From Rhizophagus irregularis (Eukaryota), in contig NC_089430.1 in NCBI RefSeq assembly GCF_026210795.1, positions 4,774,001 through 4,838,000 of the forward strand: DNA of 64,000 bases, in the 5' to 3' direction. This document shows positions 1 through 12,262 of the stretch, in pieces. Within the stretch, counting starts at the first letter, position 1; the number at the start of each line of letters is the position of its first letter. The translations under genes and the position numbers were made by a program. Below the pieces are notes generated by a model. The model was not told the origin of the DNA. It did no database searches and saw only the letters and a list, made by a program, of their open reading frames with translations.

Positions 1-740
1 ATTTATTTATTTAATTATTGATTTATTTGCATGAACGAGTTTAAAAAACTAGATTTTATGATTAAGTTTATTAGCATAATGGAATACGATCGATAAATCA
101 ATAACTTATTTGACGAAGTTAAATTATTTAATTGGACAAAAAAATTAAAAATTAAAATTTTGTAATGCATAATGCATATGCATGTGTTTAGTACAAAATT
201 TTGCGCCAGAGAGAACAATAGATAAAATTCTTTTTTTTATTGTAGCTTTTTTTTTATTGTGTAGGATAAAATAGGAAATTGAAATTATACGATCCTATAA
301 AAAAATTTCTGGGAAAATTGATCAATTTTCTAAAAAATTTTTATAGGGAGAATTCATGTAAAAGAACAGTTCCAGTTTAATTTTGTTATTCTTGAAATTT
401 ATTTATTTAGTTATTGATTTATTTATAAACGAGTTTAAAAACTAAATTTTAAGATAAAGCTTAATAGCATAATGAAAATATGCACGGTAAAATCAATTAG
501 TTTATTTGACGAAATTAACTTTTAATTGAACAAAAAAATTAAAAATTAAAATTTCATTATGCATAATGCAGAGTACAAATTTTGTGCGATAATTTTTTTT
601 TATTGTGGCTTTAATTGTGTAGGATAAAATAGGAAGACAAATGTTGTTTAGTACAAAATTTTGCGTCATAGATAATAATAGAAAAAAATTCTTTTTTTAT
701 TTTGGCTTTTTTTATTGTGTAGGATAAAATAGGAAATCCA
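1..740. repeat. Degenerate ~400-bp tandem duplication with a partial third copy
   Basis: atttatttat.t..ttattgatttatt..aacgagtttaaaaact occurs at 1 and ~397. ttgtgtaggataaaataggaa occurs at ~258, ~615 and ~715. Confidence 0.7.
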
Positions 741-953
741 TTATTCATAAAAAAATCAATAAGTTCTCTTCTATAATTCTATTACATGCGAAACTTTAAT
801 TTGTTTATGTTCGAATGCATGCATGAATGAATTAAAAAACACCAGATTTAAGTTTAATATCAAACTATCTTGTCTATGTATCTAATAAGGATCCGAAACG
901 GGTATATGATAAGTTTCGCATCTCATTACATACAAAACTTTAACATTTTTATA

Positions 954-2323
954 AAAGAACGTTTCTAGCGTTCTTTATTCTTTTTTTTTTGTAGGTTTCG
1001 GTACTCCAAGGTTCCCGAAACGGTAAGTTTCGCAACATCTTGTTGCGAAACTTTAAAATTATTTTTTTATTTTTTCAAAGAACGTTTCTAACGTTCTTTA
1101 TCTTTTTTTTTTGTAGGTTCGGTACTCAATATTTCCAAACTTTAACATGGTAAGTTTAAACTTGAATTTTTTTATATTTTTTTTTCGCTAAGAACGTTTT
1201 ACTTATGTTCTTATTTTATTTTTTTTAGAGAACGGTAAGCCGGGGAAAGGGATTTTATTTTTTTAAAAAAAAATCTTTTCGTTAAGAACGTTTTACTAAC
1301 GTTCTTTTTTTAAATTTTTTTAAGGAACGCTTCCTGGACCATTCAAGGTGAAATTGATGCAAGGTAAGCTAGGGGAAGGGATTTTTTTTTTTCTCTTTTT
1401 TTTATTTTTTTTCGCTAAGAACTTTTACTGACGTTCTTCTTTGATTTTTTTAGATGGATACTATAACCAAAGAAATGCAAACCCAACGAAAAATTTATAA
1501 TACAAAAAAAAAAATAACGTGGTGAGAACGGCTTCCTAAGATGGAACGGATCAAGGTAAGCCGAGGGAAGGGGAATTTGTTTTTTTAAAAATTTTTTTTC
1601 GTTAAGAACGTTTACTAACATTCTTCATTGTCTTTTTTTTTAGAGAACGGCTCCCCGGACGAAATGGATATGAGGTAAGTTGGAGAAAATATAATATATT
1701 TTTTATTAAACAAAACGTTGACCAACGTTTCGATTTTATTCTTTTGTAGGTCCACGGTCCTGTTAGTTTCTGGGCGGAATTTGAAGGTAAAACTTCAAAA
1801 TTCTTTTTTTTTTTACTTTATTTAAATGAGACATTAGCTAACGTTTCAATTTTATTTTTTGTAGGTTTTCAGCTTTCCGGACGCCTCTTGGACGGAATTT
1901 CGAAGGTATTCCTTCGAATAAATTTTTTCTATTAATTTTATCTAGTGAACGTCATGTTCCTTTTTTTGTAGGTCCAGAACACCGCCAGACTCCATTTCAA
2001 AGGTATACCTTTCAAAATTTTTTTTTATCGAATATTAACTAATGTTCATTTTTCTTTTATTTTAGGTTCTGGGTTCCCATTTTGCTAAAAGTCTTCTGGA
2101 TGCTGAACTGTAATGGTGAAGAACTTCGAAGGTAAACACTTTGAAGTTCTTTTTTTGTTTTGCTTTCTTTAACGAACATTATACTAATGTTTGTTTTCTT
2201 TATGTTTAGGTTCCGGGCTGCTGGGTTATATATTTCAAAGCTGTTTATTTCAAAAATTTTTTCCATTTGTAGATCTGTTTGTTGGAATCGAACCAACTGG
2301 AACAACATCCAAACCATGGTAAG
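954..2323 (+). ncRNA. Putative multi-micro-exon spliced non-coding transcript (about 12 exons)
   Basis: Repeated polyT-TAG|short GC-richer exon|GTAAG/GTAA/GTAT units: 995-1022, 1117-1149, 1229-1234, 1325-1363, 1454-1555, 1644-1674, 1750-1786, 1865-1905, 1972-2002, 2066-2131, 2210-?, 2273-2318. CTAAC/CTAAT/CTGAC branch points are present. The ATG at 1454 stops after 23 codons. Transcription is not shown. Confidence 0.55.
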
Positions 2324-3495
2324 AAATGTGGATTTTTTTATAAATGTATTATATATGTAATATTATAAAGGAAAAATTTACTTTATGAATTTATAATTAT
2401 TTTTTATTCCTTGCTTTGGTTCTAGAATTGTTATTCTCGTTTCTAGTTTGTTCAATAACCTATTCCTACAAGTCATGTTTAAAATAATAAAATAGCTATA
2501 AGCAATACCTTTTAAGATAATAAATTTGGATTTTCACAGAGAATTGACGTTAACAATCGTTTTACTGTAGACTTATTATTAAGAACAAAAAAAAAATTAG
2601 AATTATTTTATTTTATCAAATATTCTTTAAACGTTTGATTAATTAAGCAGTTCACCAAATGCAACTAAGAATCAAGTACAACTGATGTTTTGCATAGTAA
2701 TAATTTTACTTAATAAATATATTTCATTATCATTTTAAAATAAAGAATTATAAATTATATGGTATTTTTCTGTACTGTAACTCATTTATTCAAGAAGTCA
2801 CGTTTAATAATAAGTAGAAACTGAACATGCATTTTTTTTACATTTTCGTTTTTATTAATTGCATTATATTAATGAACTTTTTTTCGATATAAAAAATAAA
2901 TTTTATGAATTGTATTAGATTTCTCGTACCATTTAAAAAATCCACATGACAAGCTTTTTCCTGTAGTTTGATTAAATTATTGATGATAATTATAAAGAAA
3001 GCATTTTAATATTTTGGTTGTACTTTACAATTTAATAATTTTAAGAAGTTTATTGTTGTGGTATTGTTCACTTTTAATTATAGAAATCGTTAAAAAAAAA
3101 ACTGAAGAAAGAAAAATGTCTAAAATAATAAAAAATTAAAGTATCTATAATACTGCACTGTATAAGTTTATTTAAAGAGGTTTTAAATATAGTGTAAAAA
3201 TGATATGACTTTAGTACGTAATTTGATGAGTTTACATCATTTATTTTTTTGCTAATGAAATTTGTGAAAATTATATAATATTTTATCCCTGTTTAATTTA
3301 ACAAATGGGGTACAAAAAGTTTTATATATGTATTACGTATATTAATACATAAAATATTTAATTTGTAAGTTATTTTTATAATATTATCTATTATCTATTA
3401 TATATAATAACTAGCCAATATTTTTTTGGGGAACGTATTAATTAATAGCATCACGGGATCAACGATCGGGGATCATATTATATTTTAATAATAAA

Positions 3496-4530
3496 CTAGC
3501 AGTAACCCGTTGCTTCGCAATGAATTTGTTTAAATAGAAAAATTTAGAATTAAAGATGGTTACAGTAGTTTTTTGTCTATAATTAGGAATTTAATATGGT
3601 AATAATTAGTTAAGAACCTATATAATTTGCACTCGCGCGGTTTGTATCGATCTTCACCATATAAGGAACAAGTGACATTTAAGTGTCACTGATCACGTGT
3701 AGCCACGAGTTCAGTATCTGAGGGACTCGGTTTTTTTAGTGTCAAAAATTTATTTGTCACACCCGTGATACAAAAAACCACGCCCACAAAACTTGGGTGC
3801 ATATAATTTACCCGGTGATATCAAATTTGTGCATTATATTTTATTGGCTAATTATATAATATTTTATTTTTATTTAATAATAAAAAAAAATTTAAAAAAA
3901 AATTTGGGGGGAAGAAAAAGGATAAAGAAAGAAATCAGTTTAAAAAAAAGGGAAATTTCAAGAAATAAGTACGAAAAAAATTCTGAAAAAAAAGGACAAT
4001 AATCCGATCCAAAAGAGTGAAAAAAAAATTTTTTTTTAAAAAAATAACAATATGGTCTAAAAAAAAAGATCAAAAAAAATAAAAAAAAAAATTGGTCTTA
4101 AAGACCAAAACAAATGGGATAATTTAATAAAAAAAAATATAATTTTTTCAGTTTGGGAAAAAAATTAATCCTAAACGGGAAAAGAATGAGAAAAAACAAA
4201 ATTTTCAGGTTGAAAAAAAAAACTAAACTATTAAACTAAAAGAAAAGGGAGAAAAAATTTTTTCGGTTTGAAAAATTTTCAAAAAAATATTTGAAAAAAA
4301 AAAATTTGGACAAAAAATTACTGAAATTGGATTAGTTGATTGGAATCGAATATAAATAGATCAGGCGGAGGCATGTCACGGGTTTTAATTCGCCGCAACA
4401 TTGATCTGATTATCGATCCAAATCTAAATAGTGAAAGAATGTATTCGGGAAAAAAAAATTCGGTTTGAAAGAAAAAAACTAACCGAAAAAGGAAAAGGGA
4501 AAAAAAATATAGATCGGTTGGAAAAAAAAA
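3496..4530 (-). mobile_element. Non-autonomous Helitron, 3' end (5' boundary uncertain)
   Basis: The minus strand reads cattgc-gaa-gcaacg hairpin (3508-3522), then ggttactgCTAG|T at 3496-3499. An A-rich internal repeat region follows. Confidence 0.55.
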
Positions 4531-5393
4531 ATCATTAGATATACAACATGACTTGCCGATCAAGCGAGTCTTAACTATAAAGAACATGGATCAGCAATTC
4601 AAAATTAATTTATACAGGCTAATTTAAACGTTAGTCACACAAACACTTTTTTTTTAATTATACGGATCCAAGTTCAAATGTAAGGATGCTTATTTTTATA
4701 CGAGATTATCGAGATTATCGTAAATGGTGTAAATCATCATTAGAACAATGAAGGAAAATAAATCGCACCTGATGTATTGTTTTAATTTTATTTATTATTT
4801 AAAAAAAAAAAATACAATAATTAAAAAAAAGAATATTATTAATTTCCATTTTATTGGTTTAATTTTGAGTCAATAATAGCCATATAAAGTTTATTTTTAG
4901 TAATATATCCATTATGTAAATATACACTATTTTTTTGTATTTTTTATTATTTTTAAATATTAGTTCTTTATTTTGTATACTTTAAACAAGTTTAAAACGT
5001 AAGAATAAATAAATCATTTTAAAGACTCTTTAAACATATCAGATATGATATTTTTAAATAATATTGGATTTATTTATTACCTTTGTTTTTTCTCTGTCTT
5101 GATGTCTTCGTCGCGGTCGCGCTGGTTATTTTAAATGTTACACAATGACTGATTTCATTTACCGTTAAATTATTTAACCGGTTGTTTATCTGTCACATGA
5201 CACAAACCCCAGTGGACATTTGCTATAGTAAAATTTAACTAAGGAGGATATTCTACCCTTAATATGTCACTTATTAAATCGACTTTAATTATGAAGTTAT
5301 TTGAAATTGCTATATTTTATTAAATAGGTGTTTAATCGCTCTCACTATATTCAAGGATCCGATTTACTGTAAAATATGAAATTCAAGACGAGA

Positions 5394-6657
5394 TGATATC
5401 ATGCCACCAAGTGGTCCACCTAGAACTTGCATAATAAGGATTATCTTATATTTATTTATCATTTATCATTTTTATTTTTCATTATTTTTCATTTTTTCAT
5501 TTTTTTTATTTTTTATTTTTTTTCTTTTTATTTTTTGTTGCTTTTCTTGTTTTTTATCTTTTTTTGTTATTTTTTTATTTTTAAATCCCCACTGTGTAGT
5601 CCTTTGGTAAACCACTAATAATTTATGACAGCAACCATAAGAGCCAGGTACATAGGCTAATCCTCCTAAAAAAATCATTTAATTATTGAATTCAATTCCA
5701 ATTTACAAAAAAAATTTTAAGAACAACAAAATAATCACAAAAAAAAGTTTATCAATTCTAGTTAACTTTCTAAATAAGGGACTTTCTTAGTAGTTTCCTT
5801 CTGTAAATCCTGTTGCAGTGCCACCAATAATACCAATCTCAATTGAATTTTCAGTCATTTTCCTTCAAACCCTCTTTAAGAGTAAGAATTGAAGTATGAA
5901 CAGCATCTTCAAGTTCAATATCATCATTATAACATTTTTCTAGGAATGTTTTGGCATTAATCATATTCTTCCCGATTGCAGATGCCTTCCATGCCCAATA
6001 CGATCCTGAAGGATCAACTTGATATAATGCTGGACCAGTTTCATCATAACCAGCAATTAAAAGGGAAATACCAAACGGATGAACACCTCCACTCTGAGTG
6101 AATTTTTGCATAACACTGGCAACTTCTTTTACTAAAATTCCTGTTGGAGGATATTCATTATATATTCTTTTATATCTTTGTGCTGCCTTTCTTGCCTTAG
6201 ATAATAAGATCCTAAAATCAGGGCCCATTCCAGAATAAACCATTTCAATATTTGGGCAAACATTTGCAACTTTTTCGAGAGAAGAACCATCAATAAGTGG
6301 TGACGCACTTTTCTTCTTGGTTGTGATAACAATACCATTGGTTGCTTTGATGCTGATGCTCGTTACACCTTGAGCAACAGCATTTAATGCATATTCAATT
6401 TGAACAAGTTTTTCTGACGGTGAAAAAGTCGGTAAAGAAAAACTATGTCATTGTACCAGCAGGAAAGCCAGTTTCTCCTATATTCTTACTTCTTTCAGCT
6501 TTTTTTATCTGTAAACCAGTATCATTAAAACTATGCTAAGCAGAGAGTGCAAATCTTTCTTGGTATAAAAAGATATGAAATTCTTGTTTATATTTATTTC
6601 AACCATTGTAATGTCAACATTCCGAAGTTTTAGACTACCAGGAAGTCTCGCCTAGAA
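5394..6657 (-). repeat. Structured repeat (possibly LTR-derived), copy 1, with a T-rich insert and a captured cDNA
   Basis: 5396-5435, 5590-5669 and 6461-6657 align colinearly with 7935-8238 (e.g. caaccataagagccaggtacataggctaa and aaccagtatcattaaaactatgc). Confidence 0.8.
5670..6460 (-). pseudogene. PRE8: Processed (intronless) pseudogene of 20S proteasome subunit alpha-2
   Basis: Translation gives [22 protein letters not shown]...[11 protein letters not shown]...[18 protein letters not shown]...[20 protein letters not shown]...[18 protein letters not shown]. No introns, frameshifts at both ends, and a short 3'UTR-like tail. Confidence 0.9.
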
Positions 6658-6935
6658 ATACTATAATGATGCAAGAGAAGCAATGGGTTTAGGCAGAGTG
6701 AGAGAATTGTCAGACATAACAAATGATATAGATGTACAACAAAGATTTATGAGTGCCTATTCGATATTGTATAATATTATAAATATAAATTTACTTACTG
6801 AAAAGTTCTTTGTAGCAGAACTGCAGGAGGATCTTCTCTTTGTTGATATTGATCATAATGTCCAATCCGGTTTTACCACAAATCTTTTTGGTTCATAATT
6901 ATTTATCTATTAAATTATTTGTTTATTTTGAATAT

Positions 6936-7659
6936 TTAATTGCCGATCCGCATGTGATCGATAGAATTTATATAATAAAATGCGGCGCAACATTTATATA
7001 TAAGCCATGTCGATCATGTTTTTATATCAAATAAAATGCAACCATATTGTTATACAATTACGTAATTTAACACCTGCAATATACGTTTAAGATCTTAGAA
7101 AAAAAAAATTTTTTTATAAAAAGTTTTTTTTCTTTGCAGTTTATAAAGTTTTATATGTGGGAAACGGAGATTTCATAGTATTTACTACTATTTTACTTCT
7201 ATGGTATAAATGATTTCTAGCTCTTTAACTTTTCTTTGACGCTTATAAAACTTTTTTTGATTATTATTTCTGTCAACTATTACATTTTTAATAACACTAC
7301 GCACTTTTATATCTCTTTTTCTTTCACAAATATGTCCAGTTTGTAAAAAATATGAATATAATGAAATATATGGATAATAAAAAGGACTTTTATTAAGTTT
7401 TAGCGTAATCTCAAAATAGGAATAGTTATCTTGAATTTTTTTTAAAAAAATAATAAACAAGTCATATAAATATGGACATAATAATGAAGTTCTGATATAA
7501 TAGCGCCAGTTGCAACAAGTTTTTTAGGAGTTATGTATGTATTTGACGTTGTTGTTTCTTGGGGAAACAGAGATTTCAAACGGCATCTTTTTTATTAATT
7601 AACATAACGCCGCATTTTACTATGTAAATTCTATCGATCACATGCGGATCGGCAATTAA
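6936..7659. mobile_element. MITE with ~55-bp TIRs and probable TTAA target site
   Basis: ttaa-ttgccgatccgcatgtgatcgatagaattta ... taaattctatcgatcacatgcggatcggcaa-ttaa is a perfect 35-bp inverted repeat, extending imperfectly to aaaatgcggcg. Confidence 0.85.
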
Positions 7660-7929
7660 AAGAAACAGCTTCTATATATATACGTTTATATAATAAAAAA
7701 TTGAACAATGAATTTTTTTACATAATTAAAAAAAAAATCTGCGTATAATACCCGATAGAAGTTTCTAATGTTTTGATACAAAATGGATCCTACATTGTTT
7801 ATAAAATTGATTTTTTTAGCCTAATATCATTGATTTATTCCATATAAAGACCTAAGATAATCTAAACAAGATAAAAAAAACGTTAGTATGATTTGCACCA
7901 TACTCCATAAAAAAAAGCTTCCAGAAAGG

Positions 7930-8439
7930 TGTTAATATCATGCTACCAGTGGTTCACCCTAGAACTAGTACAATACACTGTATAATCCTATGGCAAACCA
8001 CTGATATCATGACACCAACCATAAGAGCCAGGTACATAGGCTAACCCTCTTAAGGGAAAGCCAGTTTCTCTTATATCTTACTCCTCAGCTTTTTTTATCC
8101 GTAAACCAGTATCATTAAAACTATGCAAGCAGGGAGCGCAAGCTTACCTTAATAAATAAAGATTATTTTATTTATTTCAACTTTGGTAATGCTAAACTTC
8201 CAAAGTTTCAGACTGTACTGTCAGGAAGTCTCACTTAAAAAAAATTTTTTAAGAGTAAAATAATAAAATATGTAATATAATGTGTATTAGGAAAGAAGTG
8301 TGTAATTTTTAAAGAAAGGGAAGTGTATATTTTTAAAAATTTTTTAAAGAAAGGAAGAAGGGTGTATTTTTTAAAAAAAAAGAAGTGAGGGTGTATATAT
8401 ACTTTTAAAAAACCCTTTCGGTTAGGGAGTTTTGTTACA
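7930..8439 (-). repeat. Structured repeat copy 2 (empty allele); possible solo LTR
   Basis: Uninterrupted homolog of 5394-6657 over 7935-8238. Termini are TGTTAA (7930) ... GTTACA (8439), but the flanks do not form a TSD. Confidence 0.6.
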
Positions 8440-8675
8440 ATATTACATCATTTTTTCCCATATGAAAGTTGGCGTTGGCATTATAATTACATAATTATTT
8501 ACAAAACGCGTCAATGATTAATCAATAGTTATTGTAGTTATCGAAAATATCACGCGTTTTTAGATAATCTAGATATCTGTTAAAAGTCAGACTAATCTAG
8601 ACAGCCTGTCGTATATTATTACAGTAGCATCAGTAAGATTTATTACAATAATCTTGCATACTAATACAATTGTTT

Positions 8676-9726
8676 GGCAATATTAGTCTTTTTTTTTATG
8701 GAAAGATAACGTCATTTTGACTTTTTAATAAAAACAATAGATACCATAATACTTTATTACATAACAATATACTACTGTACGTATGTTTAATAATGAGTCA
8801 TATTTATAAAAAAACAAGTGCTGCGTATTGAGATCCTTTTTAGTAGTTAAATAATTCTATATTACTAAAAAATGCAGTTTATTATACGTTCTCACATAAT
8901 TTTATTAATTCTTTCCATAATAAAAAAAATTTTTTGTATGTCATATGAATAAAACTAATTAATGAATAAAATTATTTGATAAAAATATATACATTATATT
9001 AATACCTATTCCTAAATTAAAAAAGTTACGAAAAGATACTATTGATGATTTATTTATGTTAAATATTATTTTTCGTAGAAAAAAAATCGAATGCATGGTG
9101 ACTAATAATAATAAGAGGCGGATAAGAGTAAATCAAATTGATTACATATTACATCATTTTCTAATACTCCGATTTTCAACACATGGACGTGATGAAGATC
9201 CTTTTGGTATTTGTTCGGAATGACTCATGATTTGAGTAATATAACAAACCGCAGCCATAAAAAAAACTATTGGAAAGATTACGCAAGATACTATAAATCA
9301 ATATCAACCGGCAATCCCAATTTAAGCGTATTGTTTTGCCAGAAATAGGATGAAAAATAATCTAAAATGGATTGAATTTGAAAAAAAAATTTCATTTCAT
9401 AGGCTAGCGCTGTTTATATTTATATCAGTGACTTGGTTTTTTCATCAGTATCTTAGGCAATATAAGTAATTTTTTATGGTAATAACGTCATTTGACTTTT
9501 TTTAGGCCAGTCATCATCATATTTTAACATCATGTGCTGCGGTTTGTTGAGCAGAAATACTTTTTAGTTTTTAAAGATTAACTCAATTATTTCTATGTTA
9601 TTAAAGTGCACGTATCATTAAGTAAATACAATTTATAGTATATTCTCATAATTTTATTAATAATAATAAATTTTGTATGTATATAATGAATAAAATTATT
9701 TGATAAAAAGATATATTAATGACCTA
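8676..9726. repeat. Degenerate direct repeat pair (~8676-9008 and ~9456-9726)
   Basis: Shared colinear blocks ggcaatat..agt, ataacgtcattt..gacttttt, tgctgcg, ataattttattaa and atgaataaaattatttgataaaa. Confidence 0.65.
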
Positions 9727-11085
9727 ACAATTTTTGGTTTACAAGATTAATTGAAATTCACTTTATATCTATAAATAAGTTTAAATTACGTGTCTAACTG
9801 TCTAACTTGGAAGTTGTCAATTTCGCAGTTACTAAATAACAATTTAACGCTTTTTGAGGAGTATAATATTGTTATAAAGCTGTGTACCAATAGCATAATA
9901 TGTGAAGATTGCACATAATGTTTAATAAATTTTACAAACTAGATCGTAAAATATTAAAAGTATTAAAAATATCGTGATCATCGTGTGATTCCAAAAATCC
10001 GTGGATATGTGAATACGTTACAACTGTTATGAAGAATATAAGAAGAAATACACGTGTTAAAGAATTCGTTAATCAGATTTAAATTGATTTATTAATTTCT
10101 GTAACTGAATTTTTTCCTGTATATTTCGTATTTGCTATTTAATGGGTAACGTAAATGTGCTCATAAGGGGGATGTGACTATATCTGGGGTGATTATAGAG
10201 AGGGTCGACTGTATATGTTGTGCCTCAGGTGTCGATTTGCGTCATGTGATAACTGACATGCGTCAGATACCTGACTGCGTCACTTGTCACATAAATTAAC
10301 GCAATTTGCGAGAGACAGATTGATGATTGACGGAGAAATTATATACTGTATATATATATAAATTTATTAGTACTCATAATTTGGAGCCAGTTCCTAAATT
10401 TCTGGCTATCATGAGAATATCTTCAAAATTGCAAAATTCAAATGAGAGCTGAAATTACGAAATTAGACATTTTCGTTAAATTTTACTATGATATTAAAAA
10501 TTAAAATCGTCGACTGGAGATTATGGGAATTTTTTTTAGGAAGCATCACCAAATTTATTATACACTGACTTTTTTGGATTGTTGAATAAGAGATTTATTT
10601 ATATATATTTTTTATTTTTATATACAATGTTATATGAAATTTTCTTATCTGTAGTTCAAAAATTATTATAAAGTACAATCAATTTTTAGATGGAAAAATA
10701 AATTATTTATTTTCTTCAGCAAAAAAATAAAAATATGCATAATCGATAATCTAACTTTTCTATATTATTCATTTAATGAATGTAATACAGTTCAGCCGAA
10801 ATTTTACAATAGTAGGAAAAAATTTTTTTTCCCATTACATTTTTTTTTGTTATGCATAAAATGGAGTATAAATCTTTTCTTTTTCTTTTCAATCAGTTTA
10901 TTCTCAAAATTTTATAAGATGTATCACTCAAGTTTACTGTACTTTGGATCATTGTAATTTGAATAAGAGGTATCTTACATTTTTCTCATTGCATAAAAAA
11001 AGTATTAATATATATTGTTCGATTATTCCATTTATTTGTTTGAATACAAAATTTATTACAACCATAATAATATTTTATTTATATA

Positions 11086-11206
11086 CAGTGAAATTCGATA
11101 TAATGGAACCATCCGTTCCATTAGTAAAATTTGTCAAAAATCCGTTATATCAAGAAATTTGTTATATCTTAATTATACCCAATTCCGATATATTAAGACT
11201 TTACTG
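11086..11206. mobile_element. Small Tc1/mariner(pogo)-type MITE
   Basis: ta|CAGTGAAATTCGATATAATGGAA ... TTCCGATATATTAAGACTTTACTG|t forms degenerate TIRs starting CAGT after TA. Confidence 0.55.
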
Positions 11207-11211
11207 TTATA

Positions 11212-11353
11212 GGGTTTGATTTTAAAGATCGTAGAATTACTAATCATTCAATGCGTTGTTGAATCTGGTGCTATTCTTGATGAGCAGATGACCTTTTCAC
11301 GATATAAAACAATTTCAGAAGTATCTGCTTATCAACATCAATCTATCAAATAA
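11212..11353 (+). pseudogene. Crypton/DUF3504-like tyrosine recombinase C-terminal remnant
   Basis: GFDFKDRRITNHSMR, a small deletion, then VESGAILDEQMTFSRYKTISEVSAYQ. This is the HxxR ... S-R-(H>Y) ... Y order of tyrosine recombinase catalytic residues. Confidence 0.6.
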
Positions 11354-11821
11354 ACGTAAACGAGACAATGTTTCTCTTCTAATTTCTACCAAAAATCAGC
11401 ACTAAAGGATTCAACTAACTATACAAATAAATTGGTATGTAAATAATCATTTGTTAAAACTTTTAATTTTATTGTTCAGAACTAATCATTTATTTTTTTT
11501 TTTTCAGGATTTTCCAAAGCATCTGATTTAATTGGACAACATGACGAAAATAACATGATTGAAAAGAGGAATCAGAATTAGGCAATTAGTAATCGAATAA
11601 AAATTTTTAATAAAGTATGTCATTTAGTACTGAAATAAAAATAAAATAAAGCGCAAATTGTTAAGTTATTATGATTTTTTAAATAATACTTATAAAATTA
11701 GGGATTTCACAGTTATCTATATGAGACCGGGAAATAAATATGCGAAGATTCTCGGTCATAGTTATCACATGAAAAATTAGTATGAAGGTAACTATGAGTG
11801 ACACTTAGCGCGACAGGAGAT

Positions 11822-12262
11822 TAGGGATGGTGAATCGATTCCCACAATTAGAATCGATTTTAGAATCGACTAATCGCGATTAATCGTTTCTCAAATTTCG
11901 ATTCTAAAATTCGATTTTCGATTTCGATTAATCGTTTTTAATCGATTGTGCATCATTAAAGTTGTGGCAGGAAAATTTCCAATGATCACAAATTCAACAT
12001 ATAAAAATCATTTGGTTATTAAAATTTTATGGATTTGCAAATTAAAATAAAACGTTTATTGCATCGAATAATCAGTGATCGGCGGTAACTCTGGCCAAGC
12101 TTATAATTCTGGCCGGAATTAAAACTTTAGTATAACAATTCATATCCGATGTCACGTGGTTTATAATCTCGTAATTCGGGCCGGTACTATAGTTTCGATT
12201 TTTTATTCGATAATCGAGATTCTGGTTGGATTTTGTTTTTGCAGAATCGATTCCAATCCACA
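11822..12262. mobile_element. Old hAT-type MITE
   Basis: Termini tagggatggtgaatcgatt ... aatcgattccaatccaca. Flanks caggagat / cagaggat form a degenerate 8-bp TSD. Many internal aatcgatt motifs. Confidence 0.6.

Noticed and set aside
8041..8063. Resemblance to the R2/28S target (ctcttaagg..agcca) and to a telomerase template (ctaaccct)
   Set aside because: Only 8-9 nt matches, not conserved in copy 1, and no rDNA context.
8060..8112. Hammerhead ribozyme core on the minus strand (CTGAGGA...GAAACTGG)
   Set aside because: Stems I and II do not pair, and copy 1 lacks CUGANGA. Could only be revisited with a family consensus.
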